A DNA stretch of 64,000 bases from assembly GCA_038496445.1 (NCBI GenBank), contig JALMLS010000081.1, positions 62,001 through 126,000 of the forward strand, read 5' to 3'. Source of the stretch: Trichosphaerium sp. ATCC 40318 (Eukaryota > Protista > Tubulinea). The stretch's first letter is position 1. Each line of letters opens with the position of its first letter. This document shows, piece after piece, positions 40,368 to 53,561 of this stretch. The position numbers and the translations under genes were made by a program. The notes below the pieces were generated by a model. It was not told the origin of the DNA. It ran no database searches and worked only from the letters and a program-made list of their open reading frames with translations.

Positions 40368-43152
40368 GAGGTTCGAGTTGTGTGAAATACAGAAAAGTGT
40401 TCTAAACTATTCCTGTGATAAAAAAGATTGTTTACACCAAAAACCATTTATTTTCCCCTCAACACGCCCTTGAACAACTGTAGCAACTCATTTACCCAAT
40501 TTCAAATAGTTGAATTACAGCGATAGATTTAAAAATGAGCGTCATTGCCACTAATTACTTTTGGACGTTAGCCCGTATTCCAATTAACGTCGTGTATGGA
40601 GTAAAGGGTGTAGGATTTAACAGAACGCTATTTCAGGTCAACTCCTTTGAAGAAAGGTTGACATTCAAACAAACTAGCAAATCAGCACTCCAAAGAGGAC
40701 ATAGCCACTCATTGATCACCGGCAGTATCAAACAGCAGTGAACAGTAATTTTTTTTTGTAACAAATAAGCAGCCTTCACGTGGCACTACATTAAGAGGCT
40801 TGCTCTCGAACCGTTTTACGCTTGAACGGCGTAATCTTGCTCCGAAGCTGTGGTACTTTGAGTCCAACAACTACAATGACTACAACAGCGATGAGAACCA
40901 GAATGACGATCACAATGGCAGCTACTGCAGCTGGCGATAGACCATTGTTAGAGCTTTGTTTGCATTTATCCTGTACGGAGAATAATACAGAAAAGTGACC
41001 TAAAACCTCAGTGCTTAGGCCGACATGATCCTATTTTAGGATGTACCTTGCTTATCGTCCATTGGTGTACCAGTTATTATCGAACAACCCTTGTCAATTT
41101 CTTCTACGTTGATGTTATCCAGTTCAGCGCATTGTTGACTATACAGAAATACGTCCCTTGTCTAAAATACGTTACTATGCGTGCCGTTTCACTCTATCAC
41201 GTGCCTCATTGTCTTTTATATTATCAGAATCAAATTTGATATTACCTGTTACGCTTGCACATGCTGTGTAGTATTTAATATGCACTGCTTTCGTGTTACA
41301 ATACGCACCAGTGAATGTGAGTACAGAGTCATCTGCAAAAGTCTGAGTTGTATTAATTGTTGCATCATCATTGAATACATAGGTCCCATTCCACAGTGTA
41401 GGTACTAAGATGGTGACAGGATCATCTGCAACCCATGTGTCTGTGATATTAAAAAAGTAAGGAACAGCATGTGAGTAAGTTGCATACCGCATTTACAATT
41501 AAAATCTGTGAGTTGGGTGCCTCCACAAGAGGTTTCTTTGATCCATTCATCTAACAAAAAGGTTCAACGGCATTCGTTTGTTTCTCTATCGTACCCCCAG
41601 CACAAAAGTATTCATTTGAAGGTCGTGTATCTATACTGCATTGTCTCTATCATAAATGACGTTAATGAGAGTGTAAAGCGTTGTTTTTGTACCGACTGGT
41701 ATGCGCCAATATCTTCCAAACCTGCTAATCGAATGACACCATCTATTGTCGATGACTGTTACTAAACTACAATTTGTATTGAGCGTACCAATGTCGTAGT
41801 TTATGGCGCTCTGACTCGATATTGGTACTGTTGCGATTTAAGTCTTGGAACTCAGTACTTTAAAGGAACGTACCATCAAATATACTTGAGGATTGTTTTG
41901 CATTTAAACGGTAGTCTCCATTGTCAATATCTGAAAAAAAACAAGCCTCTACGTTGAGCACAGTTGGCCCATATTGTTTGCTTGTCATCACCAAAGAGTT
42001 GATGAAAGTCCACTCATCAATGTCGTTTTTGTCTTCATCTTCCTCAATCCTGGTGATATCTGTGTGCATTAGTGTTGAAGTAATAGCGCTTGTGCGTGCC
42101 TTTGCCGAATGTTCCATACTCAAGAGTAAACTTCCCATCTTTATTAGTATCGCACTCAGCGTGTAGCGCTTGGGTATGTTAGATGTTACCAAATTATACT
42201 GGTACCCGCTTTAATGTCACCATGGATCAAAACATTTGACACAACAAACTGTGCAGAATCGTGACAGCTGTTAGGGAAAACGTCAAAGTTTGTTTTAGAC
42301 ATATAAAACTCGTACTCAAAAATCTTGGTTGATTCACACGTGTTGGAGTTGTACGAAAATTTATCTACAAGATTCAATGAGCGTCATGTAATTTAGGAGT
42401 AGTACCAACTGTTACAATCGTATCCGCACACTTGCTGTCTGACCTTATAAACTCTAAAGGAGGTTACATAAGAAGGTATTACGCGGCATACTGTCAGTGC
42501 ACCCAGTGGCAGTACTATCAACAAGTATTAGTCGCCCACTTTTTACATCAATAACTTCTTTGATCTTGTCAAAGTAATCGGCTGTAAAACTCATTTCTCG
42601 AAAGTCCACCTTATTATTTTGGGTGCAGGCTGTATTTATGATAATTTGGTTGTCTTCTTCACTAAAAGTAATTTCTCCATTTTGAAAAGTGATGTCGTGT
42701 GAGTCTACGTCAAAGTTATGTTACAGCGGGACCATGGAAACATACAGTCGCTGACGGTTATTATGGGTGCTGCCTGTTTGTTGAATGTAAAGCCTTCAAT
42801 GCTAATGTTTGTGCAGTTTGTTAGTGTGATAGACTCGAAATTTATCTGGCAAGTTGTAAATTTTAACAATTAGAACACATTTGTTTTTATGTATCACGTG
42901 CCCTGGTGTTACCATCCCAAACGACCCTAATGTTGTTATACCCTTCCCAAGTCATATTATGAAGCTCATCGCCGCTTATTTGCACGCAGTCGTCACTCTA
43001 CAAATGACATGTTGGCCTGAAACCATAGTATGTAAACGTACTGTAGTAACACTATCTAAATTATCAACTTCTCTGCAAGCCTCGCCAAAACCAAACGAGC
43101 ATACTATTATACACAACATAACCACGCGCTGTACGGTAGTAGACTCTAACAT
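38099..43152. repeat. Direct tandem duplication of about 2.3 kb (38099-40367 vs ~40892-43152)
   Basis: Long near-identical blocks, e.g. 38720-39070 vs 41510-41855; introns are also alignable. Confidence 0.95.
40791..43152 (-). CDS. Type I surface protein, tandem paralog B
   Basis: Signal peptide, same exon structure as paralog A, full TM helix and basic tail KVPQLRSKITPFKRKTVREQAS. Confidence 0.78.
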
Positions 43153-43305
43153 GACGACCTCGTATGTTTTATACAGTTTGTGCTCAAGAAAAGTGTACGG
43201 AAAATGGTAGTTAAGTGGTTGTCAGAACTCTAAACTACCTCCGCACGTGTCTACAAGACAGTGCTAGAATAGTGGCTTCGTAAGGTTTTCGAGATTGTGC
43301 GTGCG

Positions 43306-46300
43306 ATGCGCTCTTTACCCAAATATAGTTTCCTTAATCGGCTTGGGACTCTTCAGCTGTTAAGGCGCTCTTGTCTGACATGCTGCAAGGGCTACGCACT
43401 GCGTTTACATCGAGGGCGTGTAAAACACTAATCGTTGGGATAAATAAACGAGCGATTACAGCTAAGCGTCAAAACCGCCATTATTGCGATGACGACGAAG
43501 GTACAACGCCAAAAAAACGTCTTTTGGACTTGTTACGTCATATTAAACTCAGTAGTTATCAAAGAACGCCCAAAGAGCTTTTGGGAGGATAAAACAAATC
43601 ATAGAGTGTTTCTAGATGAGGTTTGACATTATTTTGTAGCGCCATGATTAATAGCGTGTACACGCCTGACAAAACGCTGTAGTGCGCTAAAAAATTGAGT
43701 CTGGACGAATTACCGCAACAATGGTTTACTGTCAAAAAAGACGAGATTGTTGAACTTGGTGGCAGGCCACTACTTGAGCACGTCTCATAACCACAAGGCT
43801 TTGTTCCTTACTGACATGTCACGTCTGTTTTTGTAGAAAGTATGATGGCAATTTCTTGAATTCCCTCAAAGCCACATTTCCTGAACACTCATGGGACATG
43901 CAACTCATAGGCAAGTTCCTTCCTTCTTCACCATGATAAATCTTATTTTTTGTGTCTTAGAGAGTAGAGTTGATGGGTTGTCCTGGTACAAGACAGATCA
44001 CCAAGAAGCCTTCTTGGAGAGAGTATGGACATATCTTTGTGGTAGTTTTACTGTTCTAACTGAAACTTAGATTTGCGAGCACCTTGAGATGAAGGACTTG
44101 AATGATTGGTACAACGTTTCTAGAATACAACTCAAGAAAGCAGGAGGTTCCAATCTCTTAAAGTACGCCACACCAGACACTATTTTGAAAAAACCTATTT
44201 ATTGATGTATTGTCCACAAGACGTTTTAAAATGGGAGTACCGCAGCTATTACAGACAATGTATCCAGATAAAAATTGGCGTCTATGGCAAATTAGTATGA
44301 TACTACGAAACCTATCACGTGTTTTTAATACTCACATTTTGTGTATAGAAGCAAGACGGCAGAAGGGTTTTTGGACTATTCAAGCCAATCAAGACAACTT
44401 TATTGCTTGTGTACGATCTATGCACACACACGATCAGTTTTTTTGACCTTGTCATCTTTTAGCTGAAAGAAGACCTTGAAATAAAACAAGAACCAGAAGA
44501 CTGGTACAACGCTGGGCTCAATGCAAATAGGATTAAGAACATGGGTGCCATTGGCCTTCTCAAGTGCGTAGAATAATTGGACTACCCTTTCCAGCCACGT
44601 GACATACATCTAAGCTGACTACGTATTGTTTGTTAGGGAGTACGATAACTCCATTCCCAAGATGTTCTCAGCGTTGCTTCCTGGCACAAAGTGGAATATA
44701 CGTCGTCTCACAAGTAAATTGAGTGAGAAGGATTACTTTGCAATTGAGGCGAATAGGAAAATATTCCTAGACGAGGTCTACACTATGCAAACAGTCTGCA
44801 GCTAACTCCCAATCAGCTAGGCAAGATCCTCAATTTCAGCGGCATGTCTGAGTGGTACAGCGTATTTCCAGCAGCACTAACCAACTACGGTGGCGGAGAG
44901 CTGTTAACGTATGGGTTTTAAAAATTGTATCCCGTTGCTTACTATACGATAGGTTATACAATAACTCATTGCGTGAAGTGTTAATGAATGTGTATGATGG
45001 CTACGAATGGGACTTGAAAAAATTCGGTATGTCATTCATTGTATACAGGCTGAGGGGTTTGTGCTGACATCAGTCCCAGGTCCTACAGACGAGGAACTTG
45101 CGCAGATATCTCGAAAGGACGAAGAATTCAGAGCACAAAAGAAACAGTTAACAAAGGTGATTTCGGTTTAAATACTGGTTAACTTACTCAATTGCAAATT
45201 AGATTGGAAGAGATCTGGGTGTTAAGAATATACCAGGAGATTGGTACAATGTAACAATAGCGAGTATAGTCAGGAAGGGTGGCAAATTTGCGAGGTACTT
45301 AAGGCTGTATACATGTAATCAAACTAATACCTTGGTTAGCGAGTACAATGATTTGTTAGATTTGCTAGTGGCATTCTACCCTGAGCAACAATGGGATTAC
45401 TTCAAAGCAAGGTAGACCAATCACCATTGCTTTCGTAGTTACGGGTTAGCTAAAAGATTGCTTTAGGAATGAATCTATTCCAAGCGATCTCACCAAACTG
45501 AAAAAGTTCTTTGATTGGGTGGGTGATAGAGTTGGTGTAGAGCAACTTGACGATTGGTATACTGTAAAGAAAAAAGATGTTATGGCCTATGGTACGCGTA
45601 TTGAAATTCATCCTATGAAGACTTACGAGATTGTTCAACAGCGGATCCTGTAATTACTCAATGTGGCGGCGATTTGATTGACGTCCTACATCAAGTTTAC
45701 GAGCACCACAACTGGAAAGACTGGATGTTTAAACCGTTGCGATCTGATATTTGGTATGACATCGATACAGTAGTGCAGTGGATACGGTATGAAACACCAT
45801 ATTCCATGTTTGTTGTTGAATGATTTATTTTCTATTTAAGAGATTCGGAAAAAATGTTTCGCATTGAGAGACCTTCGGATTGGTATCGTGTCACAAAATC
45901 CCAAGTTACAGCCAATCAAGGAAATTCTCTTGTTGCACGGTATCGCGATAATTTTAATCAAGCAATGAGTATAGTATACCCACAAGGGGAGGTCAGAGGC
46001 GAGCTGTTATTCGATAGCAACCCTGGTCTTACCAAAACGTGCGTCCTCAATGTTCAACAGCGTTCCCCAACTGACTTGTACTTCGTCCTAGAATCCTTCA
46101 AACGCTTATTCCTCGCTTGTTCCCAGATGATGAGGTTGTAAGAGATTTCGCACATCCATGTTTGAAGCTGGCAGATGATATCAAGGCGCTTGGTGTTTTT
46201 AACGACAAGCTGGACTTTTATGTACCTACTAAAAAAATTGCCTTTGACTTTCAAGGCAAGCAAAACATTGGTATCATAGCAAACTCAACTGACGATATCG

Positions 46301-47833
46301 TTTTACAGAGGATGAGTTTAATTTACCTGCATCTGAGCGTCAAATGAGACCAGCATATGATTTCCACGCATTCTATGCACAAAAGACAGAAGCTTGTGCC
46401 AAAGAAGGTAATACAAAACAAACAGCCATAGAGGGCAATAGATTAATCATATCGAATATAGGTATAACACTGATACCTGTCCCTGGATGGTGGCGATATG
46501 ATGCTGATACTCTTATGGCTGCCATCAATTACTTAAAACCAGAAGCCTTTGGTGGAGACAAAGACAAAGCACGGCCAGTCATGTTCACTCCTGAAAATCA
46601 GTTTCAAAGAGGTACAATCATCTAAGATGTACAACAGCGAGGCAACACATTAACATGTACTCTACTAGGTAAAACTATACAACAACCTTGCGATTGGGAC
46701 CAAGAACAGGATCCAACAGGATGGTACACGGTTTCAGCTTATGAGCTTACACAATGTTGTCGTTACCTAACTATTTCTGTGTTAGGCTCATCTCTGAAAA
46801 GTATGATGGTATAAGAGCGTACTGGGACGGCGAAAAGTTCATCTCTAGAAACGGAAAAGTGCTTGGTATACCGCCTCCAGAATTCATAGAAGGCTTCCCA
46901 AAAAATATGACATTAGATGGCGAACTATGGTCCGTCTATCCCACCCTTACACAGCCCCTAAATTGAAATACGCAGGTCTGGTTATGGAGAACTACAAAAG
47001 GTGTTGACAAGTATAACTAGACAGCGCTCAGAGGCTAAAAAGAAGTGGGATCGTACGCACCACGACTTTTTTGCAACATGCTGACTTGTGCTAGAATTGG
47101 TGTATCACATTTTCGATTCGCCGTCTATACATCTACCTTTTGCACAACGCTACGAACTGTTAAGAGAGAAACTTATCCCTAAGGAGCATAAACACGCAAT
47201 CGTGATTGAACAGTATGAGTGTAAAAGCAAAGAGCACTTACTGAAAGACCTCGATAAAGTAGAGGCCATTAAAGGTATGGAATACCTTTTTGACTACTTT
47301 TTTGTACCTCACAACGCTAACCATTATCTAAAAGGAGAGGGCTTAGTTATACGCAACAAGTATGCGTATTACCTACCAGGACGGACATCCCAAGTACTCA
47401 AAGTCAAGGTAAACTGCTTTTCGTTTTTTGTGTTGTATTGCTCACAAACGTTTGTAGAAATCAGTGGAGATGGAAGTGAAGCTTGTTCGTCCATCCACAT
47501 CAAACAATTATTTGCTCGTAGAGTTGTACGTATAGCAGAATATACACGTGGGTTTTGCTAACTTCCGATAGGCCTGGCGGAGGTGAAATAAGCATAAGGT
47601 GTCAGACAAGTGACTATAAATTCCCTCCTGAAGTTGGCGCGATTTTGACAATCCACTACCAGGGTACAACTGCTGCTCAACGAGATCTCAAGTTCTTTAC
47701 AATTTAAACACTAATAATCAACGTAGGTATATCGCCAACTACAGGTAAACCACAATATCCATGGTTGCTTCGAGAGCGGTTTGATGTGACATGGGATGAA
47801 GTCAAGGAAAGACACAATAACCAAAACTTGTAA
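43306..47833 (+). CDS. Fusion: putative mitochondrial presequence + seven Trp-rich repeats + RAP/PD-(D/E)XK-like domain + ATP-dependent DNA ligase
   Basis: Hand splicing gives one frame. Ligase motifs SEKYDGIRA (I), LDGELW (III), IFDSP (IIIa), EGLVIR (IV), LKVKK (V) and an OB domain. LDFYVPTKKIAFDFQ...KEGITLIPVPGWW precedes the ligase. Confidence 0.85.
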
Positions 47834-47954
47834 ATTAAAATAATAATAACCAACCAACATCGTCATTGAAAACAATGTCTGCATCTGACACGGTGAAATG
47901 TGTTGACGACAAATTGACGTTTTGTTAATTCTAAAACAAAATCGTTGGTGACAC

Positions 47955-49132
47955 ATGGCAACACAGTTTTTAGGATTAGTGAGCAACTGCTTCGCCGCTC
48001 AAAGAAAACAAGGAACGCCACTTCCAGAATTAATAAAACAAGCCCAAAGCAAAGGCTTTAATTACATAGAACTCAGACAAACGCATATTGGGGAACCATA
48101 CGAGACTGGCCCGAAATGCGTGCCAAATCCAGAACAAATTGGCAAAGTAACCGCTTTACTATAAACCCATACGCGTATTAACGTCATACACTAGCTTGCT
48201 ACTCAATTCCCAGACGTTGGGTTCAATTTGGCTGTGGCGTTACCAATTCTCAGCGGAGAGTACGTTTACCTTTAAAACAACCATCTTACAAAGCTGAAGG
48301 CTGTCAACGGACGATGAAATATTCCAACAAGGCTGTAAAACAGCTGCAGCACTCGCAAAAGGCGCTTTTAAGCAGCCATTCCTCCGTGTAGGCAAGTGCA
48401 TTGAGTAAAAGGACGTTCGAAGCTAATAAACCGGTTCAGTCGACACCTACACCGTCGCTACTGCCTTTGAAAAAGTGGATGAAGCACGTGTAACTGCTTC
48501 TCTTAAAACTTTATTGGCAGAGCTCAGGAAAGTAGCTGGCAAGGACGCCACCCTCGTCATCGAAAACTGCAAGCAAGACTTTGCCAAACACATGCGTGTA
48601 GCGGTACGCAGAAAACAAAGAAAAAAAAAAGACGTCAAGATTAATGGTCTCTTTAGAATGCTGCATCTGCCAGCTGTGAAGATATCAAGCTGTGTTGGGA
48701 TCCATGTAACTTGAAAACACAATTCAAAGCAGAGGACTCTGAGGCACGCGCTGCACAGATTCAAGACGCAAACACGGTACACACGGCCACAGATAGTATT
48801 TACCAAAAACAGGCATGTTGATTACTCTTGTTAGATTGGCATGATGCACTTGAAGCAATCAGTCAATGGTGACACCATCGATACGATAGCAGATGTGCGA
48901 AAAACTATTGAGGGAGAGAATGCTCACGTGATCTGTAGGGAGATGTAGACTGGACAGCACAGGTAAAACGTGTTAACGACTTAAAGTACAAAGGACCTAT
49001 CCTGTTTGAAGTCAAGAGCACAGACACCCTATGGACCAAGATTGATGAGGTACCTCTTACTAGTCAGCTATCACGAACACTAATTGTCTAAAGGGACTCA
49101 AATATGTCCGTGGTTTGGGTTTGGCAGTTTAG
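47955..49132 (+). CDS. Xylose isomerase-like TIM-barrel protein (sugar phosphate isomerase/epimerase family)
   Basis: GFNYIELRQ, LVIEN, LCWDPCN, MMHLKQ, GDVDW, YKGPILFEV. Confidence 0.75.
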
Positions 49133-49268
49133 ATGGTAGTGGTTGAAGAGATGATCAAGCAAAACCGGTAGTGTAGATAGACAAATTGAGTTGTAATGCC
49201 AAACTTTTTTTATTTACATATTTTTTTGGTCCAAGTCTTTTTTTTCAAATCATTCTAACACTCACTAC

Positions 49269-50837
49269 TCATTTAAATTTGATGAATGGTAGTATACGTA
49301 TCTTGAGATCACGTCCCTTTCTCGTTGTTATTTGAAAGTATTTGGTTTTTGACGCAAGAACTGCTTCCTAAGTAAACAATGAGCCAACCACCACAATGCA
49401 ACAATATTTAAATTAAGTTTGACTAACCTCACGACTGCTGTACTCTGCTACAAGGATTGACTTTTGTTCATACTGAATAACTGTGCTGTACACTACAGTT
49501 CCATATTTGTCCAGTCCTAAAAGAGAGGGTGTCAAAATACAATCCAAGTTTCTAGTTGATTCGTTCAATAACTTACGTTCATCGATTAAGCTAACTTCTT
49601 TCTTTGGGCAGGTATACGCCACAATCGTACGCTAACCATATACGTCAACTATAAATCAAGAGTGGAGGATTACTACTTACCTTTTTATCTACAGCCTTGA
49701 GTGCAGGATACACCTAGATTGTTTCGCAAGTGAGCACAATGTACGACATAACCGATTCAACGCACATTGATAACGTTGCCTTTAAATTTGCGCTTGTTCA
49801 ATATAGGAATCTACGATAGTGGGATGGTTACTACAATAACTACTAAAACGTCCTGACAACCGTACCTGTTTGTGAGATTTTTCAGTCATAACGGAGAACA
49901 TGACAGTAGTAGGAGGCCAATCTTCATGCCTCTTGGCTTTCCTAGAAATGAGTGAGTTGGAATAACAATCAAATGATTGGTTTTTTTACAATCACTGGAC
50001 ATACTTTAGTTTTTCACCACAGTGCTCCTCTATAAACTTACGGACATTGGCAACGCTCTCCTCAGGAGGGATACCAGTTATAACAAAGTCTCTTATTTGT
50101 CTGATCCAGGCAGGGTGGCTCTCTGTTGGCAAAAACAGTTAGTAACAATACTATTTTCAATGCGCAGTGAGGTTGGAGACAGACATACCTGTGTATGGCT
50201 CAAGATATAGTTTATCAGGTGCTCTAGCCTTATCAGCAGTATCGATGTTCTCACCGCGCATCAGCCGCAAGATATCTGAACGTATAGCGTCTTCCTCGCC
50301 GTCATCCATGGCTGGTAATGATTCCGCCAAAACCACAGAATCACCACTGTCACTCGACCCATCATCATCCTCACCGCTGTCACTTTCATCTTCGTCTGAT
50401 GCAGCGCTGGCATCGTCATCATCATGATGAGTCTTCTTTTCATCCTTGTCACGTGCTGCAGCGACAGCACGTGACTGACCTGCACTTGCTGATTCATCCT
50501 CGCTTAGAGATATCTCCTTGAATATTTCATCTTCTGGTTCCTCTTGGCTTCTTTTTTTCTGGTTTTTAGGTTGTTTAGCTCCTTTTTTCCCTTTTTTTGC
50601 TGATTGAGCTGCGTTGGCGCGTTTGGTACCGCCAGCTTGCTTTTTAGGCCTTTTTCTGGGTTGTGTAGATTTTTCTTCCTTTCTTTTTCTTTTAATCCTC
50701 ACAGGCGCCTTCTTTTCCTTTATGGCTTGCTGTTTCTTGTTCAATTTGTACATAGCCTGGGCTGAAAACCTATTCTGAGTTTTAGTGCGTTGAATGACAT
50801 CAATAATGTACCCAGTTTCAAACAGTGAATTAAACAT
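49269..50837 (-). CDS. Basic/acidic low-complexity protein with two divergent RRM-like domains
   Basis: Lys-rich then Asp-rich N-terminus. FVITGIPPEESVANVRKFIE and LDKYGTVVYS...LVAEYSSREEAV resemble RRM folds. Confidence 0.55.
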
Positions 50838-50928
50838 TGCAACGCTAACAAGTACAGTACAAGCAATGGTATTTGGGGGCCAAAATCGCTGAAATGTAGC
50901 TCAACTCAACAGAAATACACCACGCATA

Positions 50929-52297
50929 ATGATAATGTGGCTTTTGTATGGCGCCTGTGCAGTAGCTTCGGCGTATGTAGCCCTAGTTTACTTGATTTCT
51001 TCCAAAATCCCAAGTTTTAACACTCAAGGAGCACACGTAGTTATAACAGGTGGTTCTTCGGGCATTGGTACAACAATAACGCCCGTGTTTCGTTAATTTG
51101 ACACAACAGGTCTTTGTACAGCAATGGATTGCGCCAAGGCTGGCGCCAACGTTACAATCATCGCAAGAAATCAAAGCAAGCTGGTGTCAGCCGTCGAAAA
51201 AATCAAAAAAGTCTCAAAGGTGCCAAATTACCTCAGCATCAAGTCGATAAGCCTCACAACTGTAACTTTAGAGTGGCTATGTCGCAGCCATCTCGAGTGA
51301 CACGAGCGATTGGACATCCATCAACAACGCCATGCAACAGGCTACCACCGACTCTCCCAACAAGAGAATTGACGCTGTCATCATATCGGCTGGTGTGACA
51401 TATCCCAAGATGCTGGCAGATGTACGATTTAGTGTATTTATGTTATCAAGCTAAACACTGATTCCATAGACACCTCATCAAGAGATATCCAAGCTCGTCA
51501 ATATCAACTTTACAGGAGCTGTGTTCGCTGCAAAAGCGGCTGTACCACATATGAAGCACAAAGAGCATTCAAGGTACCGAACAAAATGTTACAAGTATAC
51601 TAGTATTGCACTTGTCGGTAAATGACACCCGTTTTAGGTTAGTCTTTGTATCTAGCATGGCTATGGTTGTCGGTTCACCAGGATACGCGGTATATACTGG
51701 AACCAAGGTCGCACTACGCGGATTTGCAGAGAGCATCATGATCGAGCTGTCTCCTTACAACATTGCTTCACAAATTGTATGCAACGATTGCAAGTAATGT
51801 TGTAGCATACGTCCTAACAGAGCCGTATTAGATCATTCCTCCAGATGTAGATACGCCAATGTACGAGGCTGAACAAAAGATAAAGTGTGAGGAGTGTAAG
51901 CTCATGTCTGAAGGCTATGGCATTGTACAACCTGAACTGGTACGCAGTACCAAAAAAACCAAAGGTGCACTCAATTTACTCATGTTGGTCTTCAGGTGTC
52001 CGCAAGAATCATGGCAGGTCTCAAAAGTTGGCGATTTTTCGTTCCTATTGGGTCTGACGCCAACCTCGCCACCTATGGCATAGCTGGCCTCTCTCCTGGC
52101 TCATTCACGTACGTTTACACAATTGTTATACTAGCGCCTTCGCGATTAACAGTTTGTCTTGTAGCGAAGTACTGCTGCAGCCAATATTTATGCCAATTGT
52201 CCGACTAGTTGCACTCTCATTTGACATGCCTAAAATGTACAAAGTGGTGATGACGGTGTTCAACAAAAACAACAGTAACAAAAATAAAAACGACTGA
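50929..52297 (+). CDS. KDSR: 3-ketodihydrosphingosine reductase-like SDR
   Basis: N-terminal TM helix, VITGGSSGIG, NVTIIARN, YTGTKVALRGFAESI (YxxxK), PPDVDTPMY. Confidence 0.82.
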
Positions 52298-52481
52298 ACA
52301 AACAAAATGTCCTACCATCTTCAACAGGTCAATTCCTTTTGTTATTCTTTACCACTTTGCCTTCCCCAACGTGATCACTAGCTACTAGAAGCATTACCCC
52401 TATACATGGCGTTGGCTATGAAGACAGTGTGATTCCTTAACCAAAGTGTCAACTTAAAACAATAATCACGTGATAACACAA

Positions 52482-52918
52482 ATGGTACATCCCTTATATT
52501 ATAATTTTCTGTATTTACGCTATGTGCTTTAGGCTCAAACACCAATCACCGCGCAAGAACTTACAGGTACAAACCATAGTTTTATAAGTTTTTTGTTTCT
52601 AATTTAGGTTCGATTAGACGCTTTCTACAACTTCGACAGAGAAAGGGTACGTGGCATATGGTTATATAACTAATCTCGCGTTATTAAATGTAATAGACCG
52701 GCTCGCTTTCAATTGAAGATTTACGCGTCGTTGTAATGACCAATGGAGCCAAGATGACACGTGAAGAGGTAGAATAAATAATATTAAAAACGCCAAGTAT
52801 CAAAAAAATAACAATTACCTATTAGGCTGACGAGTTTATCGATGCCGTAGACTTCAATAAGAATGGACAAGTAGACTACCAAGCGGTTGGGGATTGGCTC
52901 ACAAGCATTAAAGACTAA
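52482..52918 (+). CDS. Small two-EF-hand protein (myosin light chain / half-calmodulin-like)
   Basis: AFYNFDRERTGSLSIEDLR...GAKMTREEADEFIDAVDFNKNGQVDY; five exons, the first coding exon is only ATG. Confidence 0.85.
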
Positions 52919-53085
52919 AAGCCATACAACATTTTGCCTGCAGCTAGCAACACAGCAGTTTTTGTAGCAATAAAAGAACCCAATCTAAAAACCATTGTGT
53001 TTTTTTACCGGTTTATTGAATTGGATCAATTCTCGTCAATTTGCATAATATACATCGATAACAACACACTACCGTTTCGCTTTAC

Positions 53086-53561
53086 ATGGGCAATTCCAAG
53101 CCAACTGGATACACCATAACAGTTCGTACAGGTACGTGCGCACAAGATATTCGTAGTAGTAGCTCGTGCGATCAAACGACACTTTCTTTTCTCGTGTGAA
53201 AATTATACCAACCACTTCACGTCAGGCACCTGGCAGACCACTTGTTGTAGTAAAAAGTTTGTTGGCGTTGTAAATACCTACGATGTCCCCAAAAATGGGA
53301 CTGTTAGAGATTTTCTGGTACAATTGGATGTAACAGAGGACTACATGCGGCGACAGCCTCTACCAGACGGTTTTAATCCAGATTGGACAAACGCTGATTT
53401 TCAAACTGTAACGCAAGCTGGTATGCAGAAGAAAATGCTGTTTACATTCCTCCATCACAGGTAATAATCCGTTTTAGTTTTTTTTTTTTCAAATTTTAGT
53501 TTTTCTGTTAGATAGAAACTTAATGCTCAAAGTAACTTTGAGGGGTGATACAGCGGTTTAG
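53086..53561 (+). CDS. Small hypothetical protein, possibly N-myristoylated (MGNSK)
   Basis: GT-AG spliced frame MGNSKPTGYTITVRT-GTWQTTCCSKKFVGVVNTYDVPKNGTVRDFL. The 3' end is ambiguous. Confidence 0.4.

Noticed and set aside
38096-43152. Fragmented ORFs suggesting programmed frameshifting or pseudogenes
   Set aside because: Short introns of about 40-55 nt, several GC-AG, explain the breaks in both copies.
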